64,000 nucleotides of DNA from an uncultured Spirochaetales bacterium (GTDB lineage Bacteria; Spirochaetota; Spirochaetia; CAZAKE01): contig CAZAKE010000003.1 in the NCBI GenBank assembly GCA_964485495.1, positions 12,864-76,863 on the forward strand. The letters are read 5' to 3'. The number at the start of each line of letters is the position of its first letter. Position 1 is the stretch's first letter. The notes below the pieces were generated by a model. The model did not search any database and was not told where the DNA came from. It saw only the letters and a list, made by a program, of their open reading frames with translations. Both the position numbers and the translations under genes were made by a program. Below, one piece after another: positions 57,186 through 64,000 of this stretch.

Positions 57186-58265
57186 CTAATCGGCCGTCTC
57201 GATGGAGGCGACGAAAACTCTGGGGTCGCCTTCGTAATCGGTTACCTTCTTCACCCGGCCGATGAATTCGCCCAGATCGTCACCGCAACGATGGAACGTC
57301 TGTTGGTAGAGTGACAGTTCTCGGGTATACATCATGTAGGTTCCCAGAAATGCATTGTTCACCGGAAAGTCGGTAAACCATCTGTACCGGTCGGTGTCGA
57401 AATGCTGTTCGTATGTCGCGCCGAACCGGTGCTGGTGTTCTGAGATGATACGTTCCTTTTCGCGAAGCATCTGTTCCTCGGAAATTCCGGAGGAATAGAG
57501 CGAGTCGAGGCTATTCGCCAATGTCTTCATGCTTTCGATGAATCGTAGGGAATCGGCCATACCGGCGTACGCCTCCTGAAATTCTATCGAGCCCACACCG
57601 TACCGTGATTCTATATACTCGAGTGCCCCCTGCTCGCCGACGAACGTCGCCAGTTCTTCGTTGAATCCCACGTTCTCTTTCAGGAAGATCGTGGCATGGG
57701 TCTGTTCGTGAATCAGCATCGAAGCCAATCTGAAGGTGTCATATTCTCGCATATAAGAATAGAGTGGGTCTTTGAAATATCCCAACGTGCTGAACGCATC
57801 TACCCGTCGGACGAACACGTCATACCCTTTCTTCTTGAGCCGTTCGGCCTCCCGGACGGCATCGTGACGCTTGAAGTAACCTTTATACGGAAAGGATCCG
57901 ATCGGGAATCGCCAGTGGTAGAGTTCCAGCGATGTAGCCTCCGCGGCTGCAACGACGTCGGCAATGTAGTCACGATTCAGGTCGATGTAGATGGAATAAT
58001 TATCGTTCTGTTCCAACCCTAGTCGATCGGCGAATTTCTTGATATCCTTCACCCGGAGGAGAAATTCTCTGGTTTCGGACTGTATAGTCTCGTCTTGAAG
58101 GAGTCGGTCTATCTTTTCTGCGGAAGCCTGATACCCCAGGAAGTATCGGGCCTGCGTGGTTACGTAGCACCCGCTCAGACAACCGGCCGCCAATAGAATG
58201 CCGACGCCTATCAATACTCTGATTCGTCTCGAAGCTCGCCGATACGTGTCATGCCTCCTTCGCAC
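57186..58265 (-). CDS. predicted zinc metallopeptidase lipoprotein (putative aminopeptidase family, HExxH)
   Basis: Signal with lipobox-like LLAAGCLSGC. HEQTH zinc-binding motif within MLIHEQTHATIFLKENVGFNEELATFVGEQGA. Confidence 0.6.
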   Translation of the reverse strand: MRRRHDTYRRASRRIRVLIGVGILLAAGCLSGCYVTTQARYFLGYQASAEKIDRLLQDETIQSETREFLLRVKDIKKFADRLGLEQNDNYSIYIDLNRDYIADVVAAAEATSLELYHWRFPIGSFPYKGYFKRHDAVREAERLKKKGYDVFVRRVDAFSTLGYFKDPLYSYMREYDTFRLASMLIHEQTHATIFLKENVGFNEELATFVGEQGALEYIESRYGVGSIEFQEAYAGMADSLRFIESMKTLANSLDSLYSSGISEEQMLREKERIISEHQHRFGATYEQHFDTDRYRWFTDFPVNNAFLGTYMMYTRELSLYQQTFHRCGDDLGEFIGRVKKVTDYEGDPRVFVASIETAD

Positions 58266-58292
58266 GGTGTCTCCTGTTCCTTATGTAGTGGC

Positions 58293-58403
58293 CCGAAAAT
58301 TGTGGAACTTCTCCTGAGTAGTGTCCGAACACTATACATTGAGCACTTTTATGCGTTCGATGACACTACATACAGTATGGAATGTATTTTCCACAATTTT
58401 CGG
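58293..58403. repeat. 15-bp perfect inverted repeat pair (CCGAAAATTGTGGAA ... TTCCACAATTTTCGG) flanking an 81-nt spacer
   Basis: Left arm 58293-58307 and right arm 58389-58403. It lies in the 362-nt divergent region between the peptidase gene (-) and ispH (+). The left arm starts 28 nt upstream of the peptidase start codon. Confidence 0.7.
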
Positions 58404-58627
58404 ATCAGTACAAGGTGTTTGAATGTCATGCACATACGAAAAACCATGCTTTATACGGAGTTACATATCCGCTACGTAGCAATAACTATGGTTTTTCAAT
58501 GTGCTCATGTGTTGCATTCGGAGGTTGTATCGTTGTATGGTTCGCCGGAGGAGCTGGATATCGAAGATGTTCGGGTTGTATGCCATGGATCGATCTCACC
58601 GGCGTGGCTTTCGTATGCCCTACTGTG

Positions 58628-59485
58628 ATGCCTGAAGTCATTCGTGCTCGGGTCTGCGGGTATTGTATGGGCGTCCGTCGGGCCATGGAGATCGCCGAAA
58701 AGACGCTGTCCCGGAACGCCTCCACCGGCCGCGCCGCGGTGTATGCTCTCGGTCCTCTGATCCACAATCGTTTGGCCATGAACATGCTGAAGGCGAGAGG
58801 ACTGCGGGTGGTGGATGTACCGTCGGAGATCGAAAAGGGTGTCGTCCTCATCCGCGCGCACGGGGTGGCCCCCTCGGTGCGGGAGGAGCTTGTGCGCCGG
58901 GGAGTCGAGATCGTCGATGCCACATGCCCGCGGGTCCTCCGTTCCCAGGAATCTGTGACACGGTACGGACGGGAGGGATATCGCATTCTGATCATCGGCG
59001 ATCCCGATCATGGCGAGGTTCGGGCGATTCAAGGGTGTGCCTCGACGAGTTTGGTCATCCGGAATGTATCCCAAACAGAGGAACTTGCCCTCCCGGCCAG
59101 GACGTTCGTTATCGCCCAGACTACACTTCGGGTGGAGGAGTACGTGGAAGTGTGTGATGCCCTTCGAGAGATCCAACCTCGGATCGAAGTCGCGGACAGT
59201 ATCTGCCCGGCTACGAGTAAGAGGCAGGCTGCACTTCTCGACTTGATACCGGATGTGGATGGGGTTCTCGTGATCGGCGGCATGCAGAGTGCCAACACAC
59301 GACGACTCTATCGAACTGCAGCCGCCCACGGTGTATCGGCGTGGCATATCGAAGATGTCGACGGGGTCCCGGAGGATGCCTTTACACTCCGCCGGATCGG
59401 CATTTCTGCGGGTGCCTCGACTCCTGATTCGATCATAGAGGGTGTCGAGAGACGCCTGCGTGAGAATCATGCGAATAGCCTGTGA
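58628..59485 (+). CDS. ispH: 4-hydroxy-3-methylbut-2-enyl diphosphate reductase IspH (LytB)
   Basis: MPEVIRARVCGYCMGVRRAMEIAE (first Cys ligand), LIHNRLAMNML, IRAHGVAP, TCPRV (second Cys) and CPAT (third Cys). The start is trimmed from listed ORF 58382 to the Met that aligns with the canonical IspH N-terminus. Confidence 0.9.
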   Translation: MPEVIRARVCGYCMGVRRAMEIAEKTLSRNASTGRAAVYALGPLIHNRLAMNMLKARGLRVVDVPSEIEKGVVLIRAHGVAPSVREELVRRGVEIVDATCPRVLRSQESVTRYGREGYRILIIGDPDHGEVRAIQGCASTSLVIRNVSQTEELALPARTFVIAQTTLRVEEYVEVCDALREIQPRIEVADSICPATSKRQAALLDLIPDVDGVLVIGGMQSANTRRLYRTAAAHGVSAWHIEDVDGVPEDAFTLRRIGISAGASTPDSIIEGVERRLRENHANSL

Positions 59486-59645
59486 GTGAAAGCCGTAGTT
59501 CCGGTATTGACGAGACTCCGGACGATCGGGGATGATAGATTCTATTCGCAAGATACAATATCCGGCGGGAGCCGGGGTTCTGGTGTAAGCGCGAGAGATA
59601 CGGTTTTTGCCGATACCCTGGCACGGGAATCGTAAGGAGATAGTG

Positions 59646-61385
59646 ATGTCGACCCAAGCGAACGATATTGAAACCATTCGCCACTCTATGGCGCATGTAA
59701 TGGCCGAGGCGGTGCTGCGGAAATTCCCTGAGGCGAAGATTGCCATCGGCCCCGCCATAGAGGACGGATTCTATTATGACTTCGACCTGCCGCGCCCGTT
59801 GAAGCCTGAAGATCTCGAGGAGATTACCGGACTGATGCGTGAGATTATCTCCGAAGAGCGCCCCTTCGAGCGCGAGGTGATCAGCCGGGAGGATGCGCGG
59901 CGGCGGTTTCAGGGGCAGGAGTATAAGCTCGAGGTAATCGATGAACTACCGGAGAATACTGAGATTTCCACCTATACCCAAGGTGAATTCACCGATCTGT
60001 GTCGGGGACCTCATGTCGAGAACACCAAACAGTTGAATCCGAAGGCCTTCAAGCTGTTGTCGGTGGCAGGGGCGTATTGGCGGGGCGATGAGACGCGGCC
60101 GATGTTGCAACGGATCTATGGAACCGCTTGGTCGAATCCGAAGGAACTACGGTTGTACCTCAATCGGTTGGAGGAGGCCGAAAAGAGAGACCATCGGAAA
60201 CTCGGGAGGGAACTCGATCTTTTCTCGTTACACGAGGAGGCCGGACCGGGGATGGTATATTGGCATCCGAAGGGTGCGCGGATTCGGATGGTCATAGAAG
60301 ATTTTTGGCGAAAAGAGCATCTGACCAACGGATACGAGATGCTCTATACCCCGCACATCGGAAAATCGTGGTTGTGGGAGACCTCCGGTCACCTGGACTT
60401 TTACAATGAAGGGATGTTCCCGCCCATGGAGATGGATGCGAGCGATTACTATGTCAAGCCCATGAATTGCCCCTTTCACATCATGGTCTATAAGACGTCG
60501 TTGCGCTCGTACAGAGATCTCCCGTTACGGTGGGCCGAACTCGGGACTGTTTATCGGTATGAGAAATCGGGTGTGCTCCACGGACTCATGCGGGCACGGG
60601 GATTCACCCAGGACGATGCCCATATCATCTGCACGCCCGCACAGATCGAGAGCGAGATACTCGAGGTGTTGCGGTTTTCGCTGCACATGTGGGACGCCTT
60701 CGGATTCAAGGAGATAAAAGCCTACCTGGCGACTCAACCCGAGAAGAGTGTCGGAGATTCTGAGATGTGGAATACCGCCATTCGGTCCTTGGAAACGGCC
60801 GTGAAGGCCGAAAATATACAGTACGAGACGGACGAGGGCGGTGGTGCATTTTACGGACCGAAGATAGACCTGAAGATCAAGGACGCCATCGGCCGCGAGT
60901 GGCAGATGACGACGATTCAGTTTGACTTCAACCTGCCCGAGCGGTTTGATATGACCTTCGTCGATTCCGACGGAAAGGAGAAACGTCCCTATGTTGTCCA
61001 CCGGGCACTGCTCGGATCTCTCGAACGGTTTTTCGGTGTCCTCATCGAGCATTACGCCGGTGCGTTTCCCGTCTGGCTTGCCCCGGTACAGGCCGTGGTG
61101 ATCCCGGTGGCCGATCCGTTTATCGATTACGCTCGATCGGTGAATTCGACTCTGGCCGAGTGGGGGATACGTTCGGAGGTTGATGATTCCGATGATCGTA
61201 TGAACGCCAAGATACGGAACGCACAGGGTAGGAAAGTTCCCTTCATGCTGATAGTCGGTGAAAAGGAACAGACGGACGGTACGGTATCGGTTCGAGCGCG
61301 GGCAGGTAAAAAGACTTCCGATCTTCCGATGAATGAGTTTCGCGAACTGCTCACGGGCAAAATTTCGAATCGTACCGTCGACTAG
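59646..61385 (+). CDS. thrS: threonine--tRNA ligase, short form lacking the N-terminal TGS region
   Basis: Begins at the editing domain HxxxH region (RHSMAHVMAEAVLRKF...IGPAIEDGFYYDFD), followed by the class II catalytic core (motif 2/3 regions: YRYEKSGVLHGLMRARGFTQDDAHIIC, GGGAFYGPKIDL) and an anticodon-binding domain. RBS AAGGAG 7 nt upstream. Confidence 0.92.
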   Translation: MSTQANDIETIRHSMAHVMAEAVLRKFPEAKIAIGPAIEDGFYYDFDLPRPLKPEDLEEITGLMREIISEERPFEREVISREDARRRFQGQEYKLEVIDELPENTEISTYTQGEFTDLCRGPHVENTKQLNPKAFKLLSVAGAYWRGDETRPMLQRIYGTAWSNPKELRLYLNRLEEAEKRDHRKLGRELDLFSLHEEAGPGMVYWHPKGARIRMVIEDFWRKEHLTNGYEMLYTPHIGKSWLWETSGHLDFYNEGMFPPMEMDASDYYVKPMNCPFHIMVYKTSLRSYRDLPLRWAELGTVYRYEKSGVLHGLMRARGFTQDDAHIICTPAQIESEILEVLRFSLHMWDAFGFKEIKAYLATQPEKSVGDSEMWNTAIRSLETAVKAENIQYETDEGGGAFYGPKIDLKIKDAIGREWQMTTIQFDFNLPERFDMTFVDSDGKEKRPYVVHRALLGSLERFFGVLIEHYAGAFPVWLAPVQAVVIPVADPFIDYARSVNSTLAEWGIRSEVDDSDDRMNAKIRNAQGRKVPFMLIVGEKEQTDGTVSVRARAGKKTSDLPMNEFRELLTGKISNRTVD

Positions 61386-61412
61386 GCACGATTTTTCTTT
61401 GGAGGAACACCG

Positions 61413-62258
61413 GTGCGGTGTTTCGGTTTTAGTCTGCAGAACCCGTATGTATGGATCTTCATTTCGGGGATCGCCGCCGGGATGGCTCTCCGGTGGCTGA
61501 CCGTACGCGAAGGTCGCGATGGAGAGAGGAAACGACGCAGGTCTGCGAAGTGGGTGGCCGCGTGCCTCTACCTGTCTGTCGCGGCCGGCCTGATCCCTGT
61601 ATGCGGGTATCTATCGGGTTGGCACCACCTCCTGCTCGGGTCACTGTGGATCTTTTTCGCGGGGACCGCCGTATACGCGTTCCTGATCGCCCGTTTCCCG
61701 AGAGCCCTGGGCATCCTGCTCCTGTTCCTGACCGGTCTTTTGGTAGCGCTGAGCATCTACGCTTTCTCGGGCTGGTTTCCTGTCGAGAGTGATGTGCCTG
61801 AGACGACTCGGATAGCAGGTTTTCGCCTGTTGCGCATGAACGACGATCCCTCGTCCGGGAAGACATCGATGCGGATCGAGACGCAGGTAACAGGTAAAGA
61901 CCGTGGATTCGTAGATCTCGAAGGTCGGCGTGTCGCAGGCCAGGTCGAATTAGCGTTTATCGATCCTATGTTCTTTTTCATAAAGCACAGAGTCGTGTAT
62001 CGTTTCAGAGGATTTCACTCGAGATCCCCGGCTGATGGGAACGGGACATCGTCGGAACGCGGATCGCCGGACCGTGGAGATGCGGCCTTCTCACTGAAAG
62101 GATTTCTTGATGATCCAATTCCGACGGCTGCCGGCATCGTTCCTCTTCTTCGGTGTGTATCACAGTGGTCCGCATATGTCTCCCCGGCGCTGCTGCAGAC
62201 GTATGTGATTACCGTCGACCGAACAGGTTTGCTTAAAATCAGGCCGGAGTCCCGGTAG
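61413..62258 (+). CDS. hypothetical polytopic membrane protein
   Basis: GTG start 6 nt after GGAGGA. About four hydrophobic helices in the N-terminal half and no recognisable family. Confidence 0.45.
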   Translation: MRCFGFSLQNPYVWIFISGIAAGMALRWLTVREGRDGERKRRRSAKWVAACLYLSVAAGLIPVCGYLSGWHHLLLGSLWIFFAGTAVYAFLIARFPRALGILLLFLTGLLVALSIYAFSGWFPVESDVPETTRIAGFRLLRMNDDPSSGKTSMRIETQVTGKDRGFVDLEGRRVAGQVELAFIDPMFFFIKHRVVYRFRGFHSRSPADGNGTSSERGSPDRGDAAFSLKGFLDDPIPTAAGIVPLLRCVSQWSAYVSPALLQTYVITVDRTGLLKIRPESR

Positions 62259-62363
62259 ACTTGTTCATTCTACGTGCTGTTCCAGCCGATATGATAGAAA
62301 GACCGGCGGTATGTGCGTTCGGGCTGATAACTATGTGTTATAGCATTCAGATGGTGGTGAAAT

Positions 62364-62699
62364 GTGCTAATTACCCTGTTCAAGTATGACCCATACGAGC
62401 GAATGAGATTCTTCTGTGTACATGACCGACAGCGTGACCTTTTCGAACCTCATACCCTCACCGTGATTACCGGCACGGCGGTCCGCGGTGGGCGGGAGAA
62501 GACGTATTGTTTTGGTACCGAGTGGGAGATGGAAAATCGGCTCAAGAAGTTCTGCACAGCTCGCATACGTCTCGGATACAAGGTGCTCTACGCATTTTCG
62601 CGACAGCCACGTCAACGCCGATGGTTTTCCGGACTTCCGCAACAGGAATTTGTCGATGGTCTTGAATCGGTCTGTGAGCCATATTCCGATCTTGCTTGA
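62364..62699 (+). CDS. hypothetical protein with a divergent WGR-like domain
   Basis: Pattern DPYERMRFFCVHDRQRDLFEPHTLTVITGTAVRGGREKTYCFGTEWEMENRLKKFCTARIRLGYK parallels WGR domains (R-Y-x-L..., DLFG, G-R-I-G-x-x-G-Q, ...KL..K.RKGY), with the Trp replaced. Preferred over the overlapping antisense ORF 62367..62876. Confidence 0.35.
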   Translation: MLITLFKYDPYERMRFFCVHDRQRDLFEPHTLTVITGTAVRGGREKTYCFGTEWEMENRLKKFCTARIRLGYKVLYAFSRQPRQRRWFSGLPQQEFVDGLESVCEPYSDLA

Positions 62700-62730
62700 C
62701 AAAGGATTTGAGAAAACGTAAGTTTTTTTT

Positions 62731-63318
62731 ATGAATTGGCCGAACCGTCTCACCATCCTTCGTATAATCCTCTCTCCCGTGTTCTTCGTTGTTTTTTTTA
62801 TTCCGGAATGGTCGGGAATGTTCCTCGTCGGCTCCGTAATCGTCCTATGGCTGCTTGGTGTTCTCGCTGAAATCACCGATATGCTCGATGGGATTATTGC
62901 CAGACGAAACGGTGAAGTTACCGATCTTGGAAAGGTCCTGGATCCCTTTGCGGATGTTATTACCAGAATTACCTATTTCCTCTGTTTTACCGGCATCGGA
63001 ATCATGCCCATTTGGATCCTCACCATCTTGGTGTACCGTGAACTCGGGATAACGTTCCTTCGAATGATCATGATCCGAAACGGGATAGCGATGCCGGCGA
63101 ATATCTGGGGTAAATCTAAGGCGATCACCTATATGGTTGCCGGAATAGCCGGCTTGAGCGTCGTCACGATCCAACGTACCGGGCTTTTTTCCGGCTGGAT
63201 AGATCCTGTGCGTCTCGTGGCGCTAATCATTTTCGTCCTTGCCGGAGCGGCTTCTATCGGTTCTTTTCTCACGTATGCAGTTCAGGTGGTACGAAAACTC
63301 AGAAAGAAGACATCGTAA
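62731..63318 (+). CDS. pgsA: CDP-alcohol phosphatidyltransferase (PgsA-like)
   Basis: DGIIARRNGEVTDLGKVLDPFADVI matches the D-G-x2-A-R-x8-G-x3-D-x3-D motif. Five TM helices. Length 195 aa. Confidence 0.8.
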   Translation: MNWPNRLTILRIILSPVFFVVFFIPEWSGMFLVGSVIVLWLLGVLAEITDMLDGIIARRNGEVTDLGKVLDPFADVITRITYFLCFTGIGIMPIWILTILVYRELGITFLRMIMIRNGIAMPANIWGKSKAITYMVAGIAGLSVVTIQRTGLFSGWIDPVRLVALIIFVLAGAASIGSFLTYAVQVVRKLRKKTS

Positions 63319-63397
63319 TCTCACCGTTTCGGTGTTCGATACCATGCCATCGGTGTAGCACTATTTGATTCTACGTGGAGCTCGAGGTGCTGAAATA

Positions 63398-64000
63398 ATG
63401 AGACCCATTTCTGATATTTCTCGCGATCAGGCGAATAAGATACGTTTTGTCCTAACCGATATCGACGACACACTTACGAGTGACGGTAAGGTCACCCCTA
63501 ATTCCTATAACTCACTCTGGAATCTGAAACGGGCCGGTAAGGTCGTAGTTCCGGTTACTGGCCGGCCTGCGGGATGGTGTGATTGCATCGTCAGGCAGTG
63601 GCCTGTCGACGCTGTTATCGGCGAGAACGGCGCGTTCGTGTTCTATCATGAGGCCGATAGGTTTCATGTGTTTACACATCCGTCGGTGCGAACGGATCAG
63701 CGTGAACGGCTCGATGAAATTGCGGCGGCGGTGAAGCGGGAGATACCCTTGAGCAGGATCGCGAAGGATCAGTTTTCCAGAATGTACGATCTCGCCATAG
63801 ATTTTAACGAAGACCCTCCTAGATTAGGACTCGATATGGCCGAACGTATACGAGATATCTGTGAAAGGTATGGCGCGAAGGCGAAAATCAGTTCGATACA
63901 TGTAAACACCTGGTATGGAGAGTATGATAAGGTGTCGATGGCCAGACTGTTCCTTGAGCAAAAACACGGCTGTGACCTTGGAGGAGACGATCGCGAAACC
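63398..64000 (+). CDS. HAD-IIB-like hydrolase, 3' end truncated by the window
   Basis: FVLTDIDDTLT motif I and PVTGRP motif II. The frame stays open from 63398 to the window end. The ORF is not in the supplied track because it runs off the edge. Confidence 0.6.
   Translation, partial: MRPISDISRDQANKIRFVLTDIDDTLTSDGKVTPNSYNSLWNLKRAGKVVVPVTGRPAGWCDCIVRQWPVDAVIGENGAFVFYHEADRFHVFTHPSVRTDQRERLDEIAAAVKREIPLSRIAKDQFSRMYDLAIDFNEDPPRLGLDMAERIRDICERYGAKAKISSIHVNTWYGEYDKVSMARLFLEQKHGCDLGGDDRET

Noticed and set aside
58505-59758. 417-aa minus-strand ORF overlapping ispH
   Set aside because: It lies antisense to a gene with unmistakable IspH motifs, is Arg/Pro/Gly-rich and has no RBS. It is a high-GC antisense artefact.
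62367-62876. 169-aa minus-strand ORF overlapping the WGR-like ORF and the pgsA start
   Set aside because: It overlaps the 5' end of the well-supported pgsA gene on the opposite strand and lacks an RBS and any domain signal. The plus-strand WGR-like frame is preferred, though with modest confidence.
1-64000. CRISPR arrays, tRNA/rRNA genes, transposases, integrases, phage genes
   Set aside because: No short direct repeats with unique spacers were seen. There are no GGTTCGAATCC-type T-arm signatures or cloverleaf candidates in intergenic gaps. No ORF has DDE, tyrosine-recombinase or serine-recombinase motifs or phage structural hallmarks.

Overview
This 64-kb window looks like a high-GC spirochaete-type chromosomal segment. 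It is dense with housekeeping genes and there are no transposases, integrases, CRISPR arrays, tRNA or rRNA genes. The family-level calls are listed here and confidently placed CDS are in the features list.

- **Protein folding and RNA/translation:** a grpE-dnaK-dnaJ chaperone operon; rho with a long hydrophilic N-terminal extension; rpmE (L31), rpsT (S20) and an HU/IHF-family protein; a thrS that lacks the N-terminal TGS region.
- **Metabolism and cofactors:** a minus-strand tatD-dus-purF-purM-purD-purE cluster; a nifS-like cysteine desulfurase followed by a NifU-like scaffold protein; ispH, nadA, galK, surE and a pgsA-like gene.
- **Envelope and cell shape:** two apolipoprotein N-acyltransferase (lnt) paralogs; two bactofilins, one directly downstream of an M23 peptidase; a DUF327/YaaR-like gene next to a PSP1/RicT gene.
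- **Accessory-looking parts:**
  - an ExbB-ExbD-TonB-like cluster preceded by a TPR protein and a probable outer-membrane protein;
  - a roughly 1220-aa membrane-anchored coiled-coil protein ending in a LuxR/sigma-region-4-like HTH;
  - a roughly 960-aa tandemly duplicated beta-helix lipoprotein;
  - a five-gene minus-strand cluster: LolD-like ATPase, two FtsX/LolCE-like permeases, a LolA-like protein and an acidic beta-barrel OMP ending in Phe;
  - a Na+/Ca2+ exchanger and a small secreted protein with four calcium-loop-like repeats;
  - TPR/NHL and lactonase-like beta-propeller secreted proteins.
- **Non-coding signals:**
  - two unrelated 11-bp tandem repeat arrays in intergenic regions;
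  - a 15-bp perfect inverted repeat pair flanking an 81-nt spacer between the peptidase and ispH;
  - a near-consensus sigma70 promoter for nadA and an extended -10 promoter upstream of a HAMP-domain gene;
  - an unlisted 56-aa zinc-ribbon ORF with its own promoter, RBS and terminator;
  - two convergent gene pairs whose stop codons overlap in a TTAG/CTAA tetranucleotide.

Every call comes from reading the translated ORFs and the DNA by eye. No database search was run.
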